Positions 13,941 through 27,473 of a stretch of DNA of 64,000 nt are shown one piece after another; position 1 is the first letter of the stretch; each line of letters opens with the position of its first letter. Origin of the DNA: Yuukianura sp. NJ FZ-2021 (lineage: Eukaryota); contig CM102283.1 in NCBI GenBank assembly GCA_046563655.1, positions 5,890,001-5,954,000 on the forward strand. Reading direction: 5' to 3'. A program made the position numbers and the translations under genes. The notes beneath the pieces are model-generated. The model had not been told where the DNA came from. It was given only the letters and a program-made list of their open reading frames with translations, and did not search any database.

Positions 13941-16019
13941 TTACTCGCTTTCGGAATACATGGAGTCCATGGTAATGATAGTGATTTGAAGTTGGCGCAA
14001 AACTGGTTCAAGGCACAAGTCCTCCGTGATAAACGGAATTTCCTTCTTCAGCATCTTCACAAAGTCGGACATGTCGGAGCTAAAGGTCACGGGAAGGTCA
14101 GGGCTAGCTTGTTCCCGGAGAGACGAAGCTTGACGAAGAGCCACCATGAGACCAGCAGCTACTTGTTCCGTCAATTCCACAACTCGAATGCAATCACGAG
14201 CTGCAATTGTTCCCATACTGACCTTGTCTTGATTATGACTCTCCGTTGAACGAGAAAAGACGCTTGCAGGCATCGTCAACTTCAGAGCTTCAGCAGTCCA
14301 GGCAGACATTCCAATTTGGAGTGCCTTGAGACCATGGTTGATGGCTGACCTTTGACCTGCTTCTCCCGAGAGGTTGGCTGGCAGTCCATTGTTGTAGTTG
14401 GGGTCAACCAGAAGAGCCATTTGACGATCCATGAGGTCAGCCAAGTTGGCCACGAGGTTCTTGAGACTGTCCATGACAAAGGCGACGTGACCCCCGTAGA
14501 ACATGCCTCCGTGAAAAACTCGTTCCGACTCGGTATCGATGATAGGATTGTCGTTGGCACTGTTCAGTTCGCTTTCCAGGACTTTCTGGAAGAACGGCAG
14601 AGCATCTTCCAGGACTCCGATGATATGAGGAGCACAGCGGAGCGAGTAACGGTCTTGGATGCGTAGAGCCTTGCTGTATTCCTGTGGAGCATCGGGGATT
14701 TGAAGGTCTCTGCGCATGCGTTTGGCGACTAGTTGCTGTCCAGAGTGGTCCTTGACGGAGAACAGGGTTGCGTCGTAGTGGAAATGGTTTCCCTTAAGGG
14801 CCATGACTGCAAGGGACGTCAGGCGGGTTGTCAGTTGAGCCAGCATTTTTGCACGGTGGAATGCAAGGCAAGCGACGCCAGTCATCACTGAAGTTCCGTT
14901 CATCAGAGCAAGGCCTTCTTTGGGCATCAGGACAAGTGGTTTGATGCCAAACTGAAAAAAAAATCAAAATTCAAAATTAGTTAAAACAAAAAAAAAAATT
15001 CTTTCTGTCTTGTGAAATTATGCAATGTGCTACTTTGAAAACTTTTTAATGCAAATTTCGCGTGGGACGACAACTGGTTCGTGCAACTTGTGAAAGATTT
15101 TGAAATTGTTTTATGCAATTTGTGGTGGTCAGTTTTTTTTTTGTACAGTTTATGAATTTGAAAAAAAAATGGGAAGGTCTATGAAGAAGAAATTTACATG
15201 AAATGTTAGAAAAAGTTGAAAATTACGTAAGTTAATTACTGTCTTGCATAAAAATATGTTTCCAAAAGCAGAAAATTGGAATGGCATAAAGTTTTTGCAA
15301 CGCAATGTAAACGACAGAAGAAATGACAAGGTCATTGAACTTACTTCTTCAAAGACTTCTTTAGTCGGCCGAACTTGACCTGCGCACATGACCTTCCTGT
15401 CTCCACAAAGTACAGCAGCCACGTATGACAACGGCGTCAAATCTCCAGAAGCTCCGACCGATCCCTCCTCCGGTACGAGCGGCAAAATATCATTTTGAAG
15501 CAGCAGAACCAATTGGTTGAGCAGTTCCAGTCTGACAGCCGAGAATCCCTTGACGAGCGACACAAGTCGAGCCGTTAGCAGAGCCCGCGTTGCCGGTTCG
15601 TCGAAATGTCGTCCCAGTCCGGTACAGTGGAATCGAACCAAGTGACTTGGGAGCTCGGCAACCAAGTCCTTGGAGATATTGACAGTACAACTGTTGCCAT
15701 AGCCCGTGTTGACTCCATAGATGATGTGCTCGTCGTCCAGAAGTTTCTGCAAGGTCAAAGGTCCTTTCCGAATTTTGTCCTCGAATGCTGGATCTTGGCT
15801 AAGCGTGACTGGAACTTGGCGGCGGGCGATTCGAACGACGTCGTCGATTGTGATTGGTCGAGAGCCAAAAACGATGGATTCGTCTGGAGACGGCTTCAGC
15901 AGCTTGGCCTTTGCCTTCAACGCTACGATGCTTTGGATTCCGTTGCATCCGTTGCCATTCTGCTGCTCAACGCCATTGGTTTCCTTCGGGTCGATGTGAT
16001 GAACTGCCGGTGCTGGCAT
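13941..16019 (-). CDS. MIO-dependent aromatic amino-acid ammonia-lyase (HAL/PAL/TAL family), bacterial-type; exons 16019-15345 and 14951-13941, ~561 aa
   Basis: IYGVNTGYG, GSVGASGDL (MIO Ala-Ser-Gly), KEGLALMNGT, QDRYSLRC, NSANDNP, HGGMFYG, ESHNQDKVSMG; one phase-0 GT-AG intron (14952-15344) restores a continuous frame. Confidence 0.93.
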
Positions 16020-16877
16020 TTCGGTTTGACCTTGAAAAAAAAGCATGCGTTAAATGTGGCTGACCTTGAAATCAAAAACTTGAACTGGGTAAAATGTATA
16101 GCAAAACTTGTGAAGCTTGGAAAGCGATGGTATACCTGTTGTGTTGACGTTAAAAACTGCTCAACAAATTTCCGAAAAAGAGTTTGTTCTAATTGTAAGA
16201 GACTTTTTGGTTGTTCAATTGTTTGAACAGCAATTGGAGGCAGTCGGAAGGCTGATTTTTGTACCAAGGGTAAGTATGTGGACTGGCACAGGATGGGTGA
16301 CTTGCTGGCCTTTTTATAGCCGATCTTGTCAACCTCCCCCATAATGTTGTCCACCTCAACGATCAAACACACCAGGAAACAAACCTTGATTCAACTGAAA
16401 AACTAACTAATCGTAAGGCGATTCGAAACTTATCCATAATGTTAATACAAAAAGTTCTCTGAGACATACAGTCGTTATGAACATCGTTAACTTTATCAAT
16501 ACGAAATTTCCAATTCCCAAGAAAAATCAATTAACGATACATGAGAAGCATTGCAGTATGTATTAACTTTGTAATTCATAGTTAACATTCACATCGGGGC
16601 TTTAGTTTTATCCAGTTGGAGGCACGAAACAAAAACATTTGAGCCAACAATTGAGTGAATTATAACGTCGTTAATAATGTAAAGCCTATAATTAAACCAG
16701 ACGCAAAGTTTGCATGCGTTAAAGCACCCGGATTTAGTCTAATCCTTTGTTCTATTTTAAGTCAATCAGCATTTGCCTCATTCGTGATACATTCGAAATC
16801 AATGGAACATTGCGCAATGTTTTTTAACATGTAAAAACGTAATGCTAATTTTTGAAAAAGAAAACATAATGAGTTTT

Positions 16878-17731
16878 TTACATATGAAACCGCGGAGGAG
16901 CATTGCTTCCGTTATTGGCTATGTAAACTGCTGCGGCGGCACAGGCGGCAGCAGCCGACGGCCAGCAGTAGGACGAGTGATGATGGGGGTAAGGGCCCTG
17001 TGGCCCTGCAGAGTGACCTTGACCTCCCCCGCCTCCTCCAATCATAGGGCTGAAGCAACTGTATTTGGAATTGTGGAGTTTGACATCATGAGGAGTAGTG
17101 GAGGTGGAGTGGTGGATTTGGAGGGTAGAGTAGGGGGTGGAAATGGAGTGGTTGACTATATTCGAAGACTGTTGAAGAAGACTGTGGAAATCGAACTTGT
17201 ACGTGTATCTTTTTCCGTGAACTTTTGACATGATACTTTTATCATAGTAGTAGCGTAGAGCACGACTCAGTTTGTCGTAGTTCATGTTCGGCTTGGACTT
17301 GCGTTCACCCCACCGTCTAGCTACTTCGTCGGGGTCAACCAACTTGAACTCTCCGTCTCTCCCCTCCCACCCAATGCATGAAACAGAAGTGTCCGCTAGA
17401 AGTTCCAGAAGAAACTGCCAGAGTTGAATTTGCCCCGGGGGGTGAAGGGGTGGGTGGGGGTTGGTGGGGGAGGGGGTGGTTCTGAGTTGTCCGTTCGGAG
17501 GGGGTGGATTCTGGGATGACCTCATGGAAACTCTCATTGACGCCATCAGTTGACTATATGCATCTGTTTTCATAAAAAAATGAAAAATTGAAAAATTCTA
17601 GTGAAAAAGAATTATTCAAAAAGTTGATTACCTTGAAAGTTGACTACGTTTGTACAGCAGGGGGTGAGGCATGGGCTACATGTCGGTACAGTTGACCCGT
17701 ACTGTGACGCCCAGTAACCAGTTCGCTTCAT
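16878..17731 (-). CDS. ETS-domain transcription factor, ERG/FLI1/FEV (Ets65A-like) subfamily; exons 17731-17632 and 17563-16878
   Basis: [59 protein letters not shown]; Ala-rich C-terminus as in FEV. Confidence 0.92.
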
Positions 17732-19800
17732 TTTCGGATCAAGTAATGATGTTTTGAGGAATTGAAAATTTAAAATTCCAGGTTTTGTTTACATTTTCAC
17801 ATTTTTTGTTTCTTACAATAATTTCTGAAAAGAGGCGTTTTTGTTTTTACTTTAGTAAGTTAAACTGCGGAAGAAAAGGAATGTTATTCCTTCCTGCTCT
17901 CTATTGCCTTTATGGTGAAAGTTTGCGAGGAAGTGGAAGTGACTTTTGGCTTTCCTGGAAGATTTCCGCAACGGAAGTCAAGTGGCAGGGTTAGCAAACT
18001 CTGCCGGCATTGAAGGTAATGGTGCCAAGCACTTTGGGTTTGGTCCATCTAACCCCCGGAGGGAAATGAAATGAATACCGACGTACTCTGGTAGAGCGGT
18101 GACAGTTTGAGCGTAGAAGTGCTTCCGATTGGGCCTTGCGTTGACTTTCTCCTGAGAAATGGACCAATGAGAGCCACCCACCCCCTGCTGCCAGGATTTC
18201 CTCCAACTTTCACTTAATTCACCCTCTAAGCCCCCCAAATGAAAAAGAAAGTCAAAGAACATTTCCATAATCACTTTCATTTCCATTCTCGCATTCTCAC
18301 ACTCTTATCTCCACAAAAATGCTACTTAAGAAAGCAGGATCGCTGCTTATTTTCACCGAAAAATGTTCAGGTCACAAGGTCAACTTACAAGAACTGAGCA
18401 TTATTGTAAAAATTTTACATTGAAGCAATTTTAGTTCACCAAACCAAGCCAAAGACCTTTTCAAAGTCTAAAAAATGTTTTGAACTGGTTTGTCGTTTTT
18501 CAACTAAACGCTTAAAGGAAAGAGGTCGCAGGTCAAAGGTCAAGTTTAGAGATGAGTTCGGAATGAAGCAAATCCGAATGTTCGGTTTCAAATCCCAGGA
18601 AAACCTTTATCATTGGAGCTCTTATGAAAGTATCCGTTGACACGTTGGAGAGGAAGATCCATCCAGGAAAGAGCGGGAAAGCAGCGGGAGATGCGGAAAT
18701 GATTGGAGTTTCCTTGACAGAGAGAAAATACCACCAAATCCCAAGGTGCTCAAGGGATCACACAACTTTCACCTCGTCCTGCACCTTATAAAGCCAAAAG
18801 TTACTCCCGCCAAAAGTCAAGTGCCTAAGTGTTCAACTGGAGCATCCAGCATACCACAGTAGTCTTTACTTTTGTTTCAATTTAGTCTATAACAGTTTTA
18901 GTTTAGTTTCATAAATCAGAGTGTCCACTCTGTGGAAGTTGTGGACAGGAAGAGGAATTGTCGATTGTAATCTTCGTAATTGAAAAGGAAAAGCTTGACC
19001 CCATGGTTTCTACTGAACGAGAGGCATTTGGGGTGAATTGGAAATCAGTTTCAAAAAGTTCATTAAATCCATAGATACTAAAATGTGTAGTTACTCCCTC
19101 CAGAATCCGGAGTCTGGAAGATAGCGTAGCTCCCGTACGAGCATTTATTCCAATTCGATTTATTTATAATCTGTTCCAGTGAGGTCAACGCCAATTCGAG
19201 CGAGGTCAACATTTCAATTTACTTTTCTCAACGCGTGTCTTTTGAAAAATGAAAAATAGAGACGTGTATGTCACAAATGTGTAAATTAAGAATTTTTTTT
19301 CTCAGCGTTTCCTTTTTAGTCGGAATTTGCACAGTTTAGATGCAAATGTGTGTCTGAGTTATAGACATGTGCTGGAGGCAGGTTTTGTAATTAGAATTCG
19401 CAAACGTGAGTTGCACTGCACTGTACTAAAAGCTGTTGGAAGTTTCCAAAGTTTGTAAGCTGAAAATGGTAATCAACAATGATTTATTTTTGCCAATAGT
19501 TTTAAAAACAGTAAAAACTTCTTTTTTGAAAAACGAGTTTTTTTTTTGCTGCAGAGGATTGTTTTTTCGAGATACCTCAACATCACATCACAAATTTTAC
19601 AAGTTGAAGTACAGTCGTGGTTCACATAGGTTAATGTCTGTTGTAATTAGTACATAACATAATCAGAAGTTAATTAAGTTTGTAAATTGGTATTGCCATT
19701 GAAACTCCAACCTTCCACTTGCTCTTCCTACATATCCAAGGTTCATTTTCCCAGGTTACAACCTAACCTAAGGAAAATTAAATCAAGTAGCCTTGGCCAA

Positions 19801-21989
19801 ATGCAGTTGGATCTAACTCAAATGTTATACTTAATTTTTCCAATCGTTGTCGTCGGAATCATCTTCGTCATCCTTCGGAAACCGAAAAACTATCCTCCAG
19901 GTAAAACGAAGTGAAAACTTAAGTCTCTACCAATTGCATGTTTCATATTTATCATAAGTTAATTAAGATTGTACATGGGCTCCGGGCCCGCAGGGAGAGT
20001 ATTATATAAATAAAAAAAAAAAAAAATTAAGATTGTAATTATTTGTGTTATTATTATATAATTGAAACTGTGTACCCTTGAAGGACCTTTCGCCCTTCCA
20101 TTGGTGGGTCACATTCCCTACTTTGCTGAATATGCAACGAAAGGCGGAATTCAGCGTCTTTTCATGGACTGGAAGCTCAAATTTGGACCAATCGTTGCAG
20201 TTGACTTTGGATCTTTCAAGTATTTTCTAGAATTTTTAAATTTTGAATTCTACATTAAATAGTCTTCTTCAGCACTCGTGCGTCTCCAGAAGACTAAAAA
20301 AGAACATTTTTTTTAAATCTTGAATTGTAGAGCAATCGTCCTTGGTGATGTAAGTGTTGTGAAGCTGGCATGGAGCCTTCCACAACTGACCGGGAGAATC
20401 CAGATTCCCAAGGTCATTTTGAGAAGCAGCGATGGCGTTGGAGGTCCTACCAGAGGTATATTTAAATTCACTAAGGTTAACTAACATGTAAAATCATTGA
20501 CCTTAAGCTAAAAATGGAAATTGTCGAATTTTGAAATTGGTAGGCGTTTTGTTCACGCATGGTCGAACTTGGAGTGAACAGCGCCTTTTTATGATGAAGC
20601 ACCTGAAGAAATACACTTCCGACAAACTGGATGGAATTGTGCTTCCGGAAGCAGAGGAAGTTTTGGCTCAAATAGGGCGTGTGGCGGGAACTCCCGTTTC
20701 CACTGTACATCTCTTCAATCCAGCGATTATCAACGTTGTGAGACAAATTGTGGCTGGTGACAGATTTGCCCATGATGACCCCAACTTAACCAAGGTCATG
20801 GACGCCATCACAGAGTAAGTCAAGCAAAGTTTAGTAACTAAGACTTTATTTAAGTGCAAGTCAACGGAATAAATGACAAACTCTATTTTTCAATGTTTTC
20901 AAATTTTTTCTTATATTTCTGGAAATTTTAAACTTTTTTTTAGAATGATGCACGATAAAGGAGTTAGCGGATTCGTGGCGTATCTTCCGCAGTGGCTCGT
21001 GGACACCTTCCCAAACATCACTGGATGGACCAAGTATCGTCAGAATGTCACGGTGCCAAAACGTTACTTTCTAGATTTGGTAGAAGAGCGGATTAGAGCT
21101 TATCGAGAAGGCAGCAGAGACGATTTCATTGACGCCTTCATAGCTACGTCCAAGGCCACGGAGGACACAGACAGCAGCTTCTACGGAAACGCTGGAAGTA
21201 AGTTTTTATCTCGTGATTTTGATTTTTGACATATTTGAACTTTGACCTTGACCTTAACTTTTGTTCTGCAGAGGAAAATTTGGTTCACATGGTCCTGGAC
21301 TTCTTTGACGCAGGCGTAGAAACCACAAGCACCGTTATGAGTTGGCTCCTGCTGTTTCTTGCTCTTCATCCAACAGTTCAAGAAAAGCTGCAAACTGAAA
21401 TTGACAAAGTAATTGGAAAACGACAGCCAACAGTCAGCGACAGAGCAGAGTAATTAGTTAAATTATTTAAATATTTAGTTTATAGTAATATTTATGAAAT
21501 TTATTATTGATTAATGACTGCTACAATCTTTTGAGCAGAATGCCATACGCAGACGCTGTGATTCTAGAAACCCTAAGGAAATCATCGGCTACTCCGCTGG
21601 CTCTTTTTCACAGATCACTGGAACAGGTCAACTTGTGCTCAACTACAATTCCGAAGAACACAATTGTCATTTCCAACCTGTACGGTATACACCATGATCC
21701 AACTGTCTGGGGTTCATCTGCAGACATCTTTGACCCGGATCGGTTTTTAGACTCTGAAGGATCGAATCCAGCCTCCAAGAACATGTTGGCCTTTGGAACA
21801 GGAAAAAGACTTTGTCCTGGAGACAACTTGGCCAAATCTGAACTCTTTTTGCTAACTGTAGCCACGCTTCAGAAATTCAACGTTAGGACGGATCCGAATT
21901 CTGAAATGCCTACAATGGACCAAGAAGTTGGAGGCATCATTGCCCCACCCAAGCCACACAAAATAATATTCACGGCACGTGAACCTTAA
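19801..21989 (+). CDS. Cytochrome P450, CYP2 clan, multi-exon
   Basis: TM anchor plus PPGP, WSEQR, AGVETTS (I-helix), ETLR, FDPDRF, heme motif FGTGKRLCPG. Confidence 0.92.
19974..20024 (+). mobile_element. Very short poly(A)-tailed retroposed insertion (5'-truncated LINE/SINE end) in P450 intron 1
   Basis: 51 nt ending ATAAATAAAAAAAAAAAAA, flanked by the 13-bp direct repeat AATTAAGATTGTA (19961-19973, 20025-20037). Confidence 0.65.
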
Positions 21990-22743
21990 AAAATTAGTTT
22001 AACTTGGTTTAATGTTCTTAAAGGTTGGTTAACGTGTAATAAGTCTACGCTGGCATCTTGTGTGTCTTATTTATCTTCCATAAATTTTTTTGTGGCTAAA
22101 CAAGACCAAAATTTTTACAAACAAGTGAAGTTTTTTTTCCTCAAAATTAACAGCTTTCAGGTTGAATTCGTTCTGCGGTGTTGAAGTTGCGTTTTTTTCT
22201 GAAAATGGATGTGAAATCATTTGGTGTGAATTCTTAAAATGCAGAATAAGAAAAATTGTATTTTGAAGAATAATATTTTGGACTTTTGAGTTTCGGAATT
22301 TTCGGTTCTACTTTCTCGAATCCCGATCCGTTTGTTTTTCACTGTCAATTTTACAGCAGGCAGAAGGGTTTAAGTACAATGGCATGCCTAGCTTAACGCA
22401 CATTTTCAATGGCAATGGAATAGACAAGATAAAATACGTATTGAGCAAAATCACTAGAAAAACAGATAAATACATTTAAAATACATAGAATATAGCAAAA
22501 TTATCAAATGTGTCGCCCAGGAAACGCTTTATGTTACAATAATGTTTCAAAGTGTGACATTTGTTTAATTCCCTCAAGAAAATTTCGAGTAATCTTGATA
22601 TTCTCGAAAGTTGAAAATTGAACATGCATGGCTTCAAAAATTGCTGGAATCTTTTCCAAAGTGCATAAATTTATGAAAAACTCATAAATAATTAAAGTTT
22701 TTACTTTTCGCTTTTGCACTTTTTTAGATTTGGACGTTTCAAA

Positions 22744-24416
22744 ATGAACACTGAGACCCTGAACCAAGCGAATTTCCACAACCTACCACCAGAAGTAATT
22801 CAAAAGTTTCTAGTTAAACTACAATCAACAAAGTTAACTTTAACTCTAAATGATTACATTTTCAGGTACTGAACATGATCTTTGCGCAGTCAGATGCTAC
22901 TGCCCTTGCCAAAAACCGAAACGTTTGCGCCTACTGGCGCAACATCATCGAATCTCTGTTTACCACCCAATTGGAAATGACCAATCAAAACTGGGAAGCA
23001 TTCGTCAAGTTGTCCACAGCATCCCGCATTCATCTCAAACTCACTGCCCTCCAGTTCCCAATATACAGTGCTCCAGAATTCAACGACTTCATTTCCCGAG
23101 TCAACATTTTGGAAATGACTGGATACATTCCAGAGTACAATGTCATCAACATTCTCAAAGCATGTCGCAAACTGCAGTCACTCACTATTCATCGTGTGTC
23201 AATTGACGCCCATCAAGGTCTTCGAAATATCGTCACTAAAGACGTTAATAATGAAAATGACTTTGTATTTGACCTGACGCAATTGAGCGTTGGAGAGGCA
23301 GCTAATGGAGATCAACTACTTCACGTGACTTACTATGCCGCGTATCTTCTCAAACTCAACTGCTTGAAGGAGTTGAACCTCAATGTTCCATTGTTCCACG
23401 TGGAAAACGTTTTGAAATTGATTTTCGAGGGAATCTTTAAACCGCAACCAGCCGGAAATAGCGTCTTCAGCATGATTTGGGACTATCAAAGTAAATCCCT
23501 TGAACTCATAACTTTTGATTTTCAACATGACAATGTTCTGCGCCAGAAGCCTAAAATGTGTATCAAATTCCATCCGTACGAAGATGCACCAGAATCTTCT
23601 ACCACAACAGATTCGGCCAATCAAAACCCTAACATCCTGGAATCATGCTTATTCTATTTTGAACCCTGTGAATGGAACCGTCAATATACAGAAATGGTGT
23701 TGCAAATTTTTCAAACACAGTCGAAGATGAAGAATTTGGTAATTTGCTACAGGAATGAAGTAGATTTGGAGAGAATTCAAGATATCATCGAAACCAATTG
23801 TGCAACATTGGAGGAAATCACGATCCAATCACTAGAACCAATGGCGCAGGGACAACCTCTTCGTGTTTTGAGCTGCTCATGGTTTCGAACATGTTTGACC
23901 TTAAAAGAATTAACACTTTGTTCAGCAATTGAAAATCGGAAGGTCAGTTTGCTTGACCTCTTGCTTCTTCCGACTACTCTTGAGAAGTTGTCGCTTACTG
24001 GATTTATTCCAACTGGATCGTCGGAACTGTTCGGCGGAGTCGACGAATTGCCGCAGTATTCGAAATTGACTCAAGTCAAATTGCACGTCTTCCCTTGGTT
24101 CATTGTCGATGGGATTCCTCAAACAATTTTTGCAAACTTTCACTTCCGTTGGCTCCTGAACTTGTTTCCAAAAATTGAAAAGCTGACTCTCACTGGAGTT
24201 CCACTTGACAGAATCATCTCTTTTTGGGACTCACGTACCTTATTTGGTGTGCCGAATATTCTGGAATCAGTTTCTCCTGAATTTGTGACGTGGTGTCGCC
24301 AGGGTGGGGGACACAATGCCAGAATCGATTCAATTCAAATTTCCGTCCACGATGTCGTCAATCCACGCATATTTCATCGCATCACTGTGCACGAGATTTT
24401 GATCCGGAAAGATTAA
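22744..24416 (+). CDS. F-box protein with leucine-rich C-terminal region, copy 1 (exons 22744-22794, 22866-24416)
   Basis: Spliced N-terminus NLPPEVLNMIF..NRNVCAYWRNII matches the F-box pattern; LxxLxL repeats downstream. Confidence 0.8.
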
Positions 24417-24829
24417 ACGTCCATTTGCTCAACCCATCAAATTTATTTCAACTTTTCTCAACCTGTCAAAAATTTAAAAAATCTTTGGATTTTATATTGT
24501 TTTCCAAATACGATTGACAGAAAATAAAAACAAAACAAAATGACATTAAAAAATCGAACTATGCTTTAAAACGAAACCTACCTAGGTGTGTATATCATAT
24601 CAAAAACAACACAAAAATAGTAGATAACTGCAAATAATTGAATTAACTTAACACAATTCACTGAAAGTTATTGAGAAACAACAAAAGTGTCAAATTAAAT
24701 ACAAAGGCGAATTTTAACAACAAAATTGGTAAAACGAGTATACTTTGTCTGTGTAGGTTCTTGAAGAAAGCAGGTCAAAGTTTTGCAACTGGATTTTAAA
24801 TATTACAGCACAGGCCTACCAGCTTTTCA

Positions 24830-24890
24830 TTTCATTTCAAAATTTTGAAAACTTGAAGACTTGCGCAGCATGAACAGCAACTCCTTATCT
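24830..24890 (-). pseudogene. Highly decayed remnant of the NRPS 3' end
   Basis: ACTTGAAGACTTGCGCAGCATGAACAGCAACTCC resembles 46929-46962 of the intact NRPS; adjacent 3'UTR-like sequence also matches. Confidence 0.55.
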
Positions 24891-25008
24891 TAGAATTTAC
24901 TCCATACTTTTAAAATCAAATCAAGCTAACTGCATGCAATGATTTTTAACTTTTACAAAGATTTACGCCGAGAATCTTTCCGTTCATTGCATAAGATCGA
25001 ATGATGAT

Positions 25009-26671
25009 TCAAAATGTAAGAATAAGAGAAATCGTGTTTTGAAGAATGATGTCTCCGAAAAGATGTAGAACGTAGTGTTTCGTTTGGAGTGCAAAGTGTG
25101 GTCCAACTTTTATGAAAAGTGGCCGTCTTGACTTCCAGAATTTCCCATTGTACTTTCCCCACTCCTGATCCGTTTGTTTTTCACTGCCAATTTTGCAACA
25201 TGCTGAAGAGTTTGCATACAGTGACACAGATAGTTCAATACACATTTTCAATAGAAATATTGTAGCAATTGCTGTGCACAAAACGACAGAAAGCACCGGA
25301 AAAACAGATTTGAATGGATATTTAATTAGTTTTAAATATCCGTATAGGTGAATAGTGAGCACAACGGAACTTGAATAAAGGCAGAATTCTACAATTCCTG
25401 AAAATGTATCGTTGACCCAAGCACAGTACACTTGCTCAACATTGTATCTACGTTGGATTTGATTTACTGACTCCCAAGAAGTGGCTGTCTTCACCATTTT
25501 ACTGCAAATTCAAAAGCATACATTCCTAATTTTATTTAGTCATAGCGGAATTAGTTTGGAAGTTTTTAAAAGTGGGCCGTGAAAAAATATGTTAGGTAAA
25601 GAAAATATGTTTTTTAATTAAGTAAGTGATAATGTTCAAAATTTATAACTGTACCTTAGTTGAAGCATCCCAAGTCGACTGGAGTTTACGTACAGTATAG
25701 AACTTAGTGTAACTACAAAGGCAGAAAATGCGGCTCCTAATATCGAAAAGCACCCCGCAATCGCATAGGTTAGGTGGCCTCCATGGTAAACAATGTACAC
25801 AAAAATATGAGTTCCTTCAAATTTTGGTGCATTTCCTGCAATTCTTGCGTATCCATGGAAAGGAAGTTGTGACAGCTCATTGTTTGTAAAGTAAAAGAAA
25901 AGCAGCGTTGCGGGGGTTAATGTATAGCGATAGATGGTGAACAACCAATTTACCAGTTTCACCCCGCTACCACATTTGTCAACTTCAGGCATACCTTTTG
26001 CTGCTGTAAAAAAGGAAATCTTATTTCAATTTCCGCAAAAAAAGAAGAGAAATCTGTCATAAATACTAGCAAGAAATCGGAATGTTTTAATGTAATGTTT
26101 TGGTATTGGTGTTCGTTGGTAAAAACTCATTCCATCTCCAAATTTCATGACTATAGATGAATTGGGCAGTAAAAGATGTATTGATTGAATTCAACGGAAA
26201 TGCCGAATTTAAAGAAAAATCTAATTCGTAGATTGTTATTCTGTGAACAATGTTTGAAAAATGTTCATCGCAAATAAATGTTTTATTTGTTTCCGATTTA
26301 CCTGTATTTATATAAATTCTGAGGTAAGAGTCCACGAGATAGGGAAAGTCATTGATATTTCTTAGGTACCAAATTTGATTTCCAATTAACAGAGTTTGGA
26401 TTGCAATCATTCCAATGTACACCATGATTAACACTGGTTTCTCTTCATATGGGATTCCAAACACTACACAGAAGAATATCATACTCAGGTTCACACTTAT
26501 GCTCATCAAAGCTGTAGCCCAGACAATGGCATGTTTAATCTTAGGGCGTTTCGATTCTACAATGCGGTAGCAAGATTTGTAATTTTTTTGAATATAAAAG
26601 GTACAACAGTTCCAAAAGAATGCAGCATGTAGTGTATGCAGTGAAGGTTCCAAATATCTAGAATTGGTCAT
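25009..26671 (-). CDS. Divergent 7TM gustatory/odorant-receptor-like protein, copy 1 (exons 26671-26302, 26003-25655, 25501-25009; ~403 aa)
   Basis: Splice phases consistent; multiple hydrophobic helices; C-terminal FWKS.RPL.IKVG..F......L......I.QNTI.L.L resembles the OR/GR-superfamily TM7 region. Confidence 0.7.
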
Positions 26672-27473
26672 TGTTGTGATAAATCTACGATTAAGACTGA
26701 CTTTTTGCATTAACGGTATGTTGGTCTACTTAACACGACGAAATTTTTTAAGTTTCTGATCGATTGAACTTAGTTTTTGTAGAGTTGCTTTGCCTGTTTG
26801 GCTACTCGTCCTTGAATTTCTATTAGCATTTGAATGACCAATTAATAATGGAACTGTTTTAAGTTCACTTAAAACAGTTTTCTGCTTAAAAATTTAAAAT
26901 CCCAAGCAAAAAATGTTGGTATACTAGAATTGGCTTTTTAGAATAATACGACAAAGGAAAAATTCTGAGACGATAAAATGTTAATCCTTCGATTGTATTT
27001 TTTTTTCAAAATTCTGGAAATGGGTAGTGTAAACCGACGTAAATCGAATTCCATTTATGGTGTTTATTGATTTTCACAGAAAGTAAATAATTAACAAGTT
27101 TTTATCAATAGCCTATCAATCTAACACAAAATACCCCCGAAATTTTGGAAATTGTGATGAGAATGGTTATAAATTTAGGAAAATCTTAACATGCCTGGTA
27201 TTTTTCGTGCCACAATGCTGTGAGCTGAAGGTAGAAGAATATTTCCGAGCGTATGGCATGAGGGGCAGCACAGACGACTTTACTTATGCCATCGTGGCTA
27301 CGTCCACCGTAACCGACGCTTCCGGGTTAGGCGTTTTTTTTTCGATTAAATGAGGGTTTTCTAAAATGGCATTCTGAATTCATTGAAAATTTTGAAAAAT
27401 CTGTGTGAAACACTAGTGGTTATTATTTATGAATACTCAAATGTGAGGAATAAATTCAAAGTGTGAGAAATAT

